The translations under genes were made by a program, and so were the position numbers. Of a stretch of DNA of 64,000 nt, positions 22,481-34,223 are shown piece after piece (the first letter of the stretch is position 1; the number at the start of each line of letters is the position of its first letter). This stretch comes from Cladosporium halotolerans (lineage: Eukaryota), in the NCBI RefSeq assembly GCF_011745625.1, contig NW_027191473.1:310001-374000 (forward strand), in the 5' to 3' direction. The notes beneath the pieces were generated by a model, which saw only the letters and a list, made by a program, of their open reading frames with translations, did no database searches and was not told the DNA's origin.

Positions 22481-24448
22481 TTATTTGATCGCATACTTCG
22501 ACTTGCTCCTTATCCATGGCCCGTACTTGTAGAATACAAAAGGCACAGGAGTCAACAAAGCGCTCAAGCAAGCCATTATGGTGAGGGTGTAATGTACGCC
22601 CATGTTCTTATAGAAAGGCGTGGCGACAATAACCATGCCTCCGGAGGCCATGTAGCGGATCATCGTGATCGATGCTAATGCACTGGCGGCGTAGATCTCG
22701 TACGAATCAATGATGTATTGGTAGCTGTTCACATGGTGGTCAGCGAATGTAGTGTCTCCGGGCTTTGGGAAGAGACAAACCTTGTGATAAAAATGCAGAG
22801 AATGCCGTAGCCGAATAGCACTGAAGATGCCAGAGGGCTCCAGATTGAAATGTCGGGGCGAGACGTCCAAGCCATCCAGAACAGGCTGATAGGAATGGCG
22901 AAAGAACCACCCAGCATTGAGAACTGGATTCTTGGTCAGTACTCCAACGTGAAGCGTCTAGAATATCGGATCGCTTACCCATAGTCTGAATTCCGGGTCA
23001 AGCTTGTCGCGACCTTGTTCTTGCACCTTCACCATCTCCTCCTTAGCCCACTTATATATTATCGGTACCAATCCCAGGGACGTGAATAGGCCGATAATGA
23101 TACCAACGAAGCACAAGCCTGTGATGCCCTCAGACGTGCCGTGAATCTGCGCAAAGATGTAGTCGTAACCTTCGAGGAAGGTGAACAAGACTGTTGATGT
23201 GTCAGCTAGCAGAATCGACGAGATCTAGCATACCTAACACTTACCGATATAAACGATCGTCAGATACAAGGCGATCAAGATGATAATTGGCTCCGAGAAT
23301 GTCAATAGGAACGGCCTGTATAGAGCAACTCCCAGTCGTTGCAGAAACGTGTCGGAGCGGATCTCCAATTCTGCTCTGTACCGATCGTCTCCAGTCAAAT
23401 CGCGCAGATGTTTCGCCTTCCACTTGAGTAGAATCGGTGGGAAGGTCTCAGGCTGGAACAAGGCAACAATGCCGAGGACAAGGCCTGACATGATCAATGT
23501 CATCCATTCAACCCACCGCCACGACAGATAAGGGCTCTGCACAATCCAGCCTCCTATCACTGGTCCTAGAAGAGGTCCAGCGAATGCAGAAACAGCAAAG
23601 ATGGGGAAAGTGTACACTCTTTCCATCGGAGACCAGATATCGGAGATGGTTCCTCCAGCGCATACGAGCGGTGTTGCCGCAAAGCAGCCGGCTATGAAGC
23701 GAAATGCCAGCTGAGCTCCGATGTTAGGGGAGAGTCCCGAAGCCATGATAAAAATCATGTAGAGGATCATGGTGACAATGTACACGGGATTGCGGCCAAC
23801 GGTCTCACTGAATGGCCCAGCGAACAGAGCACCAACTCCAAAACCAATCAGAAAGAGACCTGTCGCCATGCTCTCGACAACCATGGAGACGCCAAACTCT
23901 GCCGAAGCCTCGCGAATGGCGCTGCTGTCGATCGCGCTGGCGATTCCGACGATCGCGCCGATTGAGGCCACCGAGAATGTGACAGCAAAGCGTTTCGTCC
24001 GCGACCAAGATTTCGGATTCATGGGATCGTTGGGTCCTTCGTATCCGACAACAAAGACGCTTCCTTGTCCGCCCTCATTTGTCTTGCGCCGTCGCACCTC
24101 GATTCCAGTCAACGTTCGACCAAGCGCTGTGCCTTCAGTTTGCTGTGTCGTAGTACGAGAAAGAGTACTCGTCGGGACGCCCTCGTGCTCCTCCTTTTCC
24201 TCTTCGCTTTCATCCTCGTCTTCTGGCGGCGGTGGAGGGAAATCTTCCTTCTCTTCGGTCTCTTCTCTTATGTTGCGCAGCACATGTCCAGTTTCCACGT
24301 CGCGGTCCTCTCCATTTGCGCTTGACTCTGATGATGATGCCTGATTGGGATCGCGAAAACCTGAGGTGCCTTTCGTTTTGCCATTGTTCCTTTCGAATTG
24401 GGCATCTAACTGGGCGCGAAAGCGTCGATATTGGAATATCGACTGCAT
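22481..24448 (-). CDS. MFS drug:H+ antiporter DHA1 family, multi-exon
   Basis: DPMNPKSWS, GPFSETVGRNP, WRWVEW, PETFPPILL, RPFLLTFSEPI, LDPEFRL, YIIDSYEIYAASALA, YGPWIRSKSKY spread over ORF segments separated by short introns. Confidence 0.92.
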
Positions 24449-25604
24449 GGTGCAATGCGCGTTGCGATACAAGCGCGAAAAGTAAAGACCAGAACCGAAG
24501 GTGCAGGGAAAAAGTTGGGATAGAGAACGTATTAAACATCTTGCGACTCACCGTGATAACCAATTAGTAAATCTCAAGGGGCATAGCCGACATAACCGTG
24601 ACGGCGCCACATCAGAGCATCATCACCACGCTACCTTTCACCTTATCAGCATCAAGCTCCGGGTGCGGACCGCCCGGCGCCCCGCAGAGGGTAGGTGTCA
24701 ATGGAAATCAGTGGTCACGTTTGAAGAGAGAGCACGGAGTGTGATCGGACATGCTGCGGACTTTGCACAGTTGTGGTTCGATTGTCGTGCACATTCGGAT
24801 GGAGATATCGGTAGAACGCGGATTTTCGAAGGAGAAATGATGATGTCACTCGATCAAACGTCCTAGCTCTCACATGAGCCTCTCAAACCCTTCGGTTTAC
24901 CCTGGATTATTAACACGGCTAGGAGGGATCAGCATGTAGGTACGGAATTCGTTCCTCACCGTGCGCTTCATTCCGTTGGACGTCGTTGTGAGCATCGCTC
25001 ACTGAGGTCAAGGTCACTGTAACGTAGAATTGGGCGAAAGCTTAGTTTCTGAAATTGAGCACAAATACTTCATACGAAACAACATGTAGCCATTTTCTCA
25101 ACGTTGTTGCAACCCGTAGTCTTTTGATCGATTGAGTGACTGGTAGTACAGACAGTTTTGACGAAATGATTCTGGAATCTTAGAGTGGCTATGCATGTAA
25201 TCGTTGTTCAAGGTCTCGATATTTCTTGTAGACAGCCATTCGATGAGTGAAGGCCTCCACATTTAGTGAAGTCAATTGTAATGCTGACTTCGGAGTTGGC
25301 GTCGCTCTCTGTAACGTGGAGGTGCTACCTTCGATACTCGAGTCACAGCGAACCTCACTTCACTTCAGAAGCTATGGCCTCCAAGCGCGCAGTGCGACGC
25401 GGAGCTGCTGCCCAGCAACGCTGCACCTGCACCTAACCTCACCTCACAGAGAAGCTTTGGCCGCCAGGCGCGCGCTTTGTAGCTAAAAGCCGCCTTGAGC
25501 TCCTTCCCACTCGCACCCACTCTCAACACCGTCGACCGCAACTCTTGCTCGCAGCACCAGCATATCGAGCTGCTTTCGACGACGACCACCACACAACAGC
25601 GACG

Positions 25605-25624
25605 ACAACAACAACAACAACAAC
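25605..25624. repeat. (ACA)n trinucleotide microsatellite just upstream of ATG 25659
   Basis: acaacaacaacaacaacaac read directly. Confidence 0.85.
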
Positions 25625-25658
25625 CACACACGTCGCTGTCGCTGTCGTTGCCGCCGCC

Positions 25659-26954
25659 ATGGACTCCTGCGCGCCGCTCGACACCACCATCATCACCATG
25701 CGCGAGGCAGCCAACGCTGCCATCAACTACCTCGTGGGCATGCCGGCCGCCCACAAGGCCCTGCTCGCCTGGGCGCTGGTCACCGGCGCCGTTATCATCG
25801 CCGCTGTTTACATCAGCATCTCCCTCGGCGATGAGTTCTGCCTGTTCTCTCCCGAGGGGGAGGAGGACGACGATGACGACGACGACGCTGCCTCTGGCCT
25901 CCTGGTTTCCGGTCTTCTCGCGGTCGCATACGAGGCCGCCTCTGGTCATATCTCCGGCTTCCTGCAAACTCTCCAGGACACGCCGCTTCTCCGCTTGGTC
26001 TTGCTCCCCCTGCTGCTCGTTATTTGCGGTAGGGCAATCGGCTGTGGTGTCATGGGCTGGTACCTCGGCGACGAGGTTGGCTCCATGCCCACGAAGATGG
26101 AGAGCAAGAGAGCTGCATCGGCCACCTCGTGTGGAAGCCTCGCGGCTTCTGGAAACGCGGCGGCCGACAGCAGCACCAAGGCGCCGGGGATGGGCGCTTT
26201 TCAATCCGTCCAGGACCTCCTCGCGGACTTCGACGCACGTGACAAAGTGGTCGAAAACACCCTCCTGGAGCTGCAGAGAAGCCTGGAAGAAGACCAGAGG
26301 ACCCTCGGCGACGCGCAGACCGCCGACGACGAAGAAAGCGACGAAGCTTTCTACACTCCGGCTGAAGTCAGCGACGAGGAAGCCGAGCCAGAGAGCGTTA
26401 ATGCTCTCACATGGCCGGCTGAAGTCGCTGACGAGGAAGCCAGGCCGACGCCTGCGGCCGCTGTGACTGGATTGCAGCACAGCTGCCACGCCGTGTCGGA
26501 GCCTTGGACGCCTGCGGATTACCGCGAGAAGCCCGCCGCCGCGCCGTTCCTCCCTCCGCGCATGAAGCCCGCCGCGCCCTCCGTCCCTCGCGGGAAACAG
26601 GCTTTGAACCCAGGCGCCCAAAGATGGACGCCACCAGCCGGTCCGACGACGGCGACAGGGAAGGGAAACGCCATTTCTACGCCAGCACCGATGCCGCTGA
26701 ACGTTGGATTAGCTGCGTCGATGCACGCGGGACCGGCTCTGAACCCAGGCAAGGCTAAACAGCAAGAGCGCCGCAAGGGACCCGCCGCCGCGCCTTCGAT
26801 CTCTCCTCACAAGAAGCTGGCTGTGAACCCTGGCGTCAAAAGATGGGTCGTTCCGACGTCGGTGTTAGAGGATAAGCAGGAATACATGGATTTCAAGCCG
26901 GAGCCACTGCCAACGACGAACGGTGGTTTAGCCGCGTCGAAACATGCGAGGTAG
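25659..26954 (+). CDS. Orphan membrane protein: 2-3 hydrophobic segments, acidic coiled region, duplicated C-terminal modules
   Basis: ATG in GCCGCCATGG context, long ORF with C-ending codons, hydrophobic stretches (LLAWALVTGAVIIAAVYISISLG; LLRLVLLPLLLVIC), repeated xxNPG and GLAASxHA. Confidence 0.7.
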   Translation: MDSCAPLDTTIITMREAANAAINYLVGMPAAHKALLAWALVTGAVIIAAVYISISLGDEFCLFSPEGEEDDDDDDDAASGLLVSGLLAVAYEAASGHISGFLQTLQDTPLLRLVLLPLLLVICGRAIGCGVMGWYLGDEVGSMPTKMESKRAASATSCGSLAASGNAAADSSTKAPGMGAFQSVQDLLADFDARDKVVENTLLELQRSLEEDQRTLGDAQTADDEESDEAFYTPAEVSDEEAEPESVNALTWPAEVADEEARPTPAAAVTGLQHSCHAVSEPWTPADYREKPAAAPFLPPRMKPAAPSVPRGKQALNPGAQRWTPPAGPTTATGKGNAISTPAPMPLNVGLAASMHAGPALNPGKAKQQERRKGPAAAPSISPHKKLAVNPGVKRWVVPTSVLEDKQEYMDFKPEPLPTTNGGLAASKHAR

Positions 26955-27429
26955 AGGCAGAGTCGGAAGTGAAGTGCGTGCAGCTGCATGCGTCCTCCCA
27001 GCAGCCAGGCACGCGCACGGTGGCACGGCAGGGCCAAGACTCGCTAACCCGCATCCCGCAGCCGACGCGCAGCACCCCACGGCGCCGTTTGGGCAACGCA
27101 AGGCACGAGGCGCAAAGCCCGACATCATCGTTTCGGGTCATGCGCGCGTCGAAAACTCAGGGCCTCGTGATGTCGCGCAAACAGCTTCGGAAAGGCTCTC
27201 GCAGGGCCCGCGTGCTGGCCGAGCTGCCTAGTGGTGCTCGGCGGGTCAGAGGGCAGCGTCACCAGACTGGCCGTCCACACCACCTCATCCTCCCTTCGCT
27301 CCTCCCGCCGTGCGAGCCAGCTATTCAGGACAGCCCGGCGCCGCCCTGACTCTCCCACCTCGCTCTCTCCAGGCCTCGCCAGGTCATTCGTAAAACTCTA
27401 AAATCATTAGACGACCTATCTGTCTCAGC

Positions 27430-29963
27430 ATGCCCTCTCTGGGCGCGATCACCGCCGTGGCAGCGAGTCTGCTCAGCGCAACCTATGCTTCGAGTCTCAC
27501 GCCGCCAGTGCTCCCGCTGATCGTGCGCAATCCCTATCTTTCGACATGGCTGGGCAACGCAAGGGAAGAGCCGTGGACGAAATGGCCTATGTTCTACACT
27601 GGACAGGAGATGGGCTTCTCCATCTTGGCCTCCGTTCCTGAATCCAACACTGTGTTCCCTCTGCTGGGCAGAGCGTATGATTCTCTTGACGATAAAAGTT
27701 CCCACTACAACTTGAGCTTTCCTCATTATCTCGGAGCAAAGTACGATGCTTCCACCACCAACCTGACGTACTCCATTCCTTCTCCCAAATCGCGAGACGA
27801 CGAGCCTGTCGAGATCACCGTCAGCTTTCTGTCTCCCATTACGCCGACTTCGACCCTGCGGCAGGCGATTCCGGCAGCCTACGTCAAGGTGTATGCTAAA
27901 GGCAGCTTCAATGTCAACATATACATGGATGTCAATGGCCAGTGGGTCAGCGGAAACCGAGGTTCGAAGATCACCTGGTCCTTGGAAGAGACGAAATACA
28001 AGGATACAAACCCCTTGAAGTCATTCAAAGTGCAAAGAGAGAACCAACAACTCTTCACAGAGTGGGGCGACCGTGCGGAATGGGGCACGCTCTACTTCAC
28101 AGGACCCAAAGATGTCACCCACGAATGCGGCGTCTCAGGCCCACTGCGTCGACGTTTCGGCAAGAGCGGTCACTTGGAGAACAACGTAAGCGATTCTCGT
28201 TTCCGTACGATCATGGATGAGGAACCAGTGTTTGCCTTCAGCAAAAGCTTCAATTTGAGCAGCAAGCACAGCGATACTGAAGACTCCGCGTCGAAAGAGG
28301 AGAGCGTTCTCTTTACCATCACGCACGTCCAAGATCCGGTCACCCAATTTGCTTCAGCCCGCGGCTTGACCTACATGCGTCCTCTTTGGCAGAGCTACTT
28401 CCAGACCGATCTCGCCTTGATCACTTTCCACTACGAGGACTATGAGCACGCTGCCAAGCTGGCTGCCAACTACAGCACGCAACTGGCGAACGACGCCTAT
28501 CTCAGTGGTAGTGATAACTACAAGGACATCGTCGCCCTCAGTGCACGCCAGGTCATGGGCGCCACGTCCTTCTCAGGCACGCCCGACAACCCTATTCTTT
28601 TCCTGAAGGAGATCAGCAGCAACGGCAACTCGCAGACTGTAGATGTCATCTTCCCTGCCTTCCCGTTCTTCCTGTACACAAACCCGCGCTGGCTCGCGTA
28701 TCTTCTCGAGCCCTTGATTGAGCACATGCTCAGTGGGCAGTACCCGAACGATTACAGCATGCATGACTTGGGCACCCACTTCCCCAACTTGACAGGCCAT
28801 GCGGATGGCAGAGACGAGTACATGCCTGTAGAGGAATGCGGCGACATGCTCATCATGGGCCTCGCTCTCGTCAACAGTCTCAACTATGCGAACGGACACG
28901 ACGCGCAAAGCATCTGGTCCATCGAAGGAACAGAGAAGCCTCTTAGTGTCTTGTCTGAGGGCGCCTCTGCCTTCGCCATGCCCGCCAAGCTCGAGAAGCG
29001 CGACGGCATCGTCGGTCTCGACGACCGCTGGGGTGGCACGACTGCGAAGAAGCAAGCCCAGAAATGGCTCGGCAGGTCGTACACCCTGTGGAAGCAATGG
29101 ACATCTTACCTCGTGGAATACAGCCTGCGCCCTCACAACCAGCTCTCTACAGACGACTTCGCCGGCTGGCTTGCTCTGCAGACTAACCTCGCTCTGAAAG
29201 GCATCGTCGGCATCAAAGCTATGTCTGAGCTCGCCGAGGTCATGGGTAAAGACAAAGATGTCGAGTACTACCGTAACGTTTCCGCCACTTACGTCAAGAA
29301 GTGGGAAGAGTACGGTATGAGCCGCGACGGTGGTCGTGCGAAGCTGGCTTACGATTGGCATGGAAGGTGAGCGGATCAGGCAACCCTTTGATCCTACAAT
29401 TGGCATTCTTGCTAACGTTCTGACCAGCTGGACAACTCTGTACTCGCTTTACGCCGACGCAATCCTATGCTTCCACCCCACGTTTACAGACAACACCACT
29501 GCCTCGTCAAACATGCACTTGCCCGGCGAGCAAGCCCCAATCATCAACCACCCGAACAAGGGAACAAGCAGGGACTTCATCCCCGACCATGTCTACAAGA
29601 CCCAATCGGAGTGGTACCTGACGGCGATGCAAAAATACGGTGTAAGTCCTCACCCGAAGGACCTGGTATCAGGCATCTTTTCTAACACTTTTCTAGCTCC
29701 CCCTCGACTCACGCCATCTATACACCAAGTCCGATTGGGAGTTCCAGGCCGCTGCCGTCGCTTCGCCCAAAACTCGCACCGAAATTCTCGAGCGTGTGGC
29801 CAACTGGCTCAACGAAACGGCTTCAGACCGCCCGTTCACCGACCTGTACAAGACTGAGGGTGATGGCGGGTTTCCAGGGCCGAACTTCTTTGCAAGGCCG
29901 GTGGTTGGGAGTCATTTTGCGTTCTTGACACTGGAGAGGGCTTGTAAGGCTGGTGGGTGGTAA
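27430..29963 (+). CDS. gtaA: Secreted glutaminase A (GtaA family), 3 exons
   Basis: PPVLPLIVRNPYLSTW, FLKEISSNGNSQTVDVIFP, HDLGTHFPN, MPVEECGDM, QLSTDDFAG, TNLALKGIVGI, LPLDSRHLYTKSDW, FFARPVVGSHFA. Introns near 29367-29427 and 29642-29696. Confidence 0.92.
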
Positions 29964-30601
29964 AGACGAAGGTCAAATGGAACGAGCACGTGTTTGGAGA
30001 AAGGTGGATGATGGAAAGTCTGAAGGTTGGACATGATTGGCGGCTCTTTTCTGAGAGGATCAATATCGGGTTGATTGGGAAAACGGCAGGATGGTTGGGA
30101 ATCAATTGCTCCGTATGACCTCGAATTCCTCAAATTTTCTGTCTTAAACGTGCGCCTCAAAAATGTCTGTCAATGCTGGAGTGGAAAACTGTCTCAAGAA
30201 GCATGGGTTACCTCCGAAAGGACAAGCCGATAAGACCTGGTGTAGCAGCTCCCAGTAGGAGAAGGACTATGAATGAACATGAGTGAGTCCGTTCTATCAG
30301 GCCATATCCAACGATTCAATGAATGCACATTTTTGAGTGAGACTGAAATGATAACCATCTCTATGCGCAAGAACTGTATCACGCAGCATATATATCCTCG
30401 CGCTATCAGCCCCACTTTTCGAATCGTACCCATGCATACGTCAGGTCGCAGCCAACATCAAAGCTCCCCAAGCTCACATCCCAGAGCGATCTGAAACAAC
30501 AACGGCACGCAGCGTTCAGTAAACGCGTCTCACGACTCCTCCAGACCATGCCCGCGCAATAGACCCTGCTCACTTAATTCTGCGTGCCTGCATCGCCCAA
30601 G

Positions 30602-33550
30602 ATGCCGCGCAAGTCCTCTTGGAACCCCATCGCCTTCGTGCCACCGCAAGTCACGCTGCTCAGCTTCGCCGTCTACGTCGCGCTCTTCGCTACACTTCTC
30701 TGGGTACACCATGTCGTCCCTCCTGCCCCCTCGAACCCAGTGCCTGCCGACGGCGTGAATTTGACCACCGCCTGGCTCGACCTCGAGCAGCTCACCAACG
30801 GCTTCCACCCGTACAACAGCCGGCGCAATGGCGAGGTCAGAGACTATCTCGCCAGCCGCGTGGAAGAGATCCTGCACAAGAACGGCTTCCCTAAAGACTC
30901 TGAAGATGCTGTTGTCTGGAACGGCGGCAGCGATAACATTACATACGCGAATAAATGGCTCGCCAGCTCGCCGACGGTCCGGTACACGGAGAATGAGAAC
31001 ATCGTTGTGTACATCCGCGGCGACGAGGACGAGGCGGGTGCCTGGTGGGCAGACGAGAAGAAGCCTTACGATGGGCCCGGCGGCGTGCTGGTCAACGCGC
31101 ACTATGATAGTGTCTCGACCGGGTATGGCGCGACTGACGACGGAGTGGGAGTTGCGACGGTCCTGCAGCTGATCTCGTACTATACAACGGAAGGCCACAG
31201 GCCGAAGAGAGGAATCATTGCTCTGCTGAACAACGGTGAGGAAGACGGGTTATACGGCGCCCAGGTGTACACAAAGCATGTCACGGCGAAATTTCCGCGA
31301 GTGTTTCTGAACCTTGAGGGAGCTGGCGCGGGAGGCAGAGCCATGCTGTTTAGGAGCACGGATGCGGAGGTCACGAGATTTTACTCTAACAGCCGGTATC
31401 CGTTTGGCACTGTCGTCAGCGGCGATGGGTTCAAGCGGGGGCTTGTTCGGAGTGGCACAGACTATTCTGTTTTCGAGGAAGAGCTAGGTCTGCGTGGGCT
31501 GGATGTCGCGTTCATGGCACCAAGAGCTAGATACCATACCGATCAGGATGACGCGAGGGATACAAGCCCGGACTCCTTGTGGCACATGCTGTCTGCCGCT
31601 CTGGACACGACGAAAGCGATGACTTCCCACGGTGGAAGTGAGTTCTCGGGTTCCTCCGACCACGGACTCGATCGAGCCAACGCCGACAGAGCCAGCAATG
31701 GCGTTTGGTTCGACGTCTTCGGCCGCACTTTTGCGGTACTCAAGCTGCACGATTTGTTTGCTCTTTCGGTTACCCTGCTCGTTGCCGCGCCGATTCTTCT
31801 GATCATCCTAGAGGTTGTACTATCGAAGTTGGACAAGTGGTACCCATTCACTCGGAAGCAATACTTGCACAATTCTGACGACGATGAGGCGGTCTATTTC
31901 AACGGCATAAGGGGCTTTTTCCGCTTCCCCATCATCTTCGCGGTGGCTACCGGCTGTGTTGTCGCATTAGCGTTCCTCATGGTCAAGATCAACCCCTACA
32001 TTCTTTACAGCTCTGAGTATGCGGTGTGGTCCATGATGCTCGCAGCCTGGTTTTCTATCGCTTGGTTTCTCTCTACGATGGCCGACAAAGTCCGCCCCAC
32101 GGCTCTCAGCAGGATGTACACCATAATGTGGCTCTACATTATCAGCTGGATCGCTCTCGTGTTTGTCACCATCGGAGAGAACAACTTGAAGATTGCCAGC
32201 GGCTACTTCATGGTAATCTACAATGCCAGTGTCTTTGCGGCGTTGCTAATCAGCTACCTGGAGCTTCTCGCCTTGCCCAAGAAGGCTAAATACGTCGAGC
32301 ACGTCGCAGGCGTTGGCTCGCCACGGTCGACGAGGCCCGGTAGTGTCGCGTCTCGGAGACTGTTGGACGACAACGAGGAGCCTCCAAGAAGCAGCGAAGG
32401 CGACAACGAGGAGCCCACCGAGCGGACAGGTCTGCTACGCGGCGGTGAAAGAAGGACCCAGAACACTTTCGCCCGCTTCGGCAGGAGAAGAAACCAAGAC
32501 GTTAATGGACCACTTGACGAGACCGAGGACCCTTTCCTTGCGAAGGCATTTGGTGACGAGCAAGCTTGGTCTGGATCGTTGCCTCAATGGACTTGGATCT
32601 TGCAGTTCCTGATCCTGGCTCCCATCAATGTCATCCTCGTTGGACAGATCGCGCTTTTCACCACATCAGCTCTACACCAAACCCCAGCGGACGGCAGCGC
32701 GATCCTTCCCATCTACCTTGTGATGGCTGCTCTCACGGTCCTCTTAATGCTTCCCCTGGCACCATTCCTGCACCGCTTCACATACCACCTTCCAACTTTT
32801 TTCTTCTTTATCTTCGCTGGCTGCCTCATCTACAATCTCCTGGCCTTCCCTTTCTCACGGGACGCCAGACTGAAGCACTATTTCCTTCAGACCGTTGACC
32901 TGGACCACGGCACCAACACCGTGCAGCTGACGGGTGTCGAAGGCTTCGTGCAGGACATCGTCGACGAGCTTCCTAGCGTAGCAGGCCAATCTTTCAACTG
33001 CAGCACAACCGACGACCCGCGTAGAGCAGGCTTGCAGTCCTGCCGTTGGGCAGGTCTTACGCCAAACGTCGTCTCGAACAGCTCAGAAGCTCTCGTCTCG
33101 TCCTCCAACGCCTCAGACTATTACAAAGACTGGGTCCAATACAACATCTCCACCCACGCCGACTCGGCGCTTCTGACCTTCAGTGGAAAGGAAAGCAAGA
33201 ATTGCCGCCTCCTCTTCGACTCGCCTGTCTCTTCGCTGCACATTCTCAACACCACCGACACCATCCGCAGCAGCTCCAAGCCTGTGCGCCGCGAAGACGG
33301 CAACTACCAGGGTGCCACAGAACTGCGCCTCTTCAGCCGCGACTGGGCCAAGAACTTCCAGGTCAATGTCACATGGGCTGATGGAGAGGCAAAGGGCAAG
33401 AGCGGCAAAGTCGGCTGTATGTGGAGCGACGTTAATGAGATCGGCGTCGTGCCGGCTTTGGATGAGGTTTGGCTGTACGAGCCGGTTTGGAGTGTGGTGA
33501 GCAAGGCGGGAGATGGGCTTGTGGAAGGGTGGAGAGATTGGAAGACTTGA
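30602..33550 (+). CDS. PFF1: Vacuolar membrane protease, peptidase M28 (Pff1/FXNA-like)
   Basis: VLVNAHYDSV, GATDDGVG, NNGEEDGLYGA, FLNLEGAGAGG, TDYSVF, YHTDQD, then multiple TM segments. Confidence 0.93.
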   Translation: MPRKSSWNPIAFVPPQVTLLSFAVYVALFATLLWVHHVVPPAPSNPVPADGVNLTTAWLDLEQLTNGFHPYNSRRNGEVRDYLASRVEEILHKNGFPKDSEDAVVWNGGSDNITYANKWLASSPTVRYTENENIVVYIRGDEDEAGAWWADEKKPYDGPGGVLVNAHYDSVSTGYGATDDGVGVATVLQLISYYTTEGHRPKRGIIALLNNGEEDGLYGAQVYTKHVTAKFPRVFLNLEGAGAGGRAMLFRSTDAEVTRFYSNSRYPFGTVVSGDGFKRGLVRSGTDYSVFEEELGLRGLDVAFMAPRARYHTDQDDARDTSPDSLWHMLSAALDTTKAMTSHGGSEFSGSSDHGLDRANADRASNGVWFDVFGRTFAVLKLHDLFALSVTLLVAAPILLIILEVVLSKLDKWYPFTRKQYLHNSDDDEAVYFNGIRGFFRFPIIFAVATGCVVALAFLMVKINPYILYSSEYAVWSMMLAAWFSIAWFLSTMADKVRPTALSRMYTIMWLYIISWIALVFVTIGENNLKIASGYFMVIYNASVFAALLISYLELLALPKKAKYVEHVAGVGSPRSTRPGSVASRRLLDDNEEPPRSSEGDNEEPTERTGLLRGGERRTQNTFARFGRRRNQDVNGPLDETEDPFLAKAFGDEQAWSGSLPQWTWILQFLILAPINVILVGQIALFTTSALHQTPADGSAILPIYLVMAALTVLLMLPLAPFLHRFTYHLPTFFFFIFAGCLIYNLLAFPFSRDARLKHYFLQTVDLDHGTNTVQLTGVEGFVQDIVDELPSVAGQSFNCSTTDDPRRAGLQSCRWAGLTPNVVSNSSEALVSSSNASDYYKDWVQYNISTHADSALLTFSGKESKNCRLLFDSPVSSLHILNTTDTIRSSSKPVRREDGNYQGATELRLFSRDWAKNFQVNVTWADGEAKGKSGKVGCMWSDVNEIGVVPALDEVWLYEPVWSVVSKAGDGLVEGWRDWKT

Positions 33551-34223
33551 TAGGTGGTTTGCTGTTGTGTCTGTGGTGGAATTTTGATTTGCGCGATGTA
33601 TATACGAGTGTTTGATGAGTTCATGGTTAATGTCTAGCTTTGCTTGTTTGCGTATCACCTGGTCATCCGTTACCTGAAATGTTGTTCACCGCAATGCATC
33701 ATTCAACCAGGCTACCTGTTAGAGCACTGGGTTTGGTAAGACCAGAGGTGACTGAAGCACGCTACTTATTATTTTATTCTGCTCTCAGGCCGAGGTGCTG
33801 AGAGGCAGAGCATGAGATGCAGGCGAGATTTACTCGGCAATCTAGAGATTGTGATTCAGTGTGTTCACATCGCTTGAGAAAATGAAGGCTACACCCCGCG
33901 CATTTTTGTTGTTGATGATGACTGTTTCATTTGTCTGTAGCTCTTCAATCCATCCCCAGCCCTCCGGATTTCGACCCACAAGTCATGACAGATTGACTTT
34001 GGACGGTGAAGTGTGGGACCGCCAGCGTGAATGGGGCGCTCTAGCAAACACGTTTACGATACACGATCAGTAAACGTCCTACCTCTTCCTGTGACAGTTG
34101 CGAACGAGTCTCTCTGAACCTCGGTCTTTATCACGTACCTTAGAACCGTGGACTGCATTTTGCATATCTAAACGCCCACGCTTCCACGCCTCCCTAGTTC
34201 ATCACCACATTAGAAGTTCAAAC

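Noticed and set aside
24870..25260. Relatively AT-rich patch, considered as a RIP-degraded transposon relic
   Set aside because: Only mildly AT-rich; no terminal repeats or transposase/RT remnants visible.
25365..26621. 418-aa minus ORF and 323-aa alternative plus-frame ORF overlapping the orphan gene
   Set aside because: Arg/Pro/Ser-rich shadow frames. The 25659 frame has the Kozak start, coding-like codons and coherent domains.
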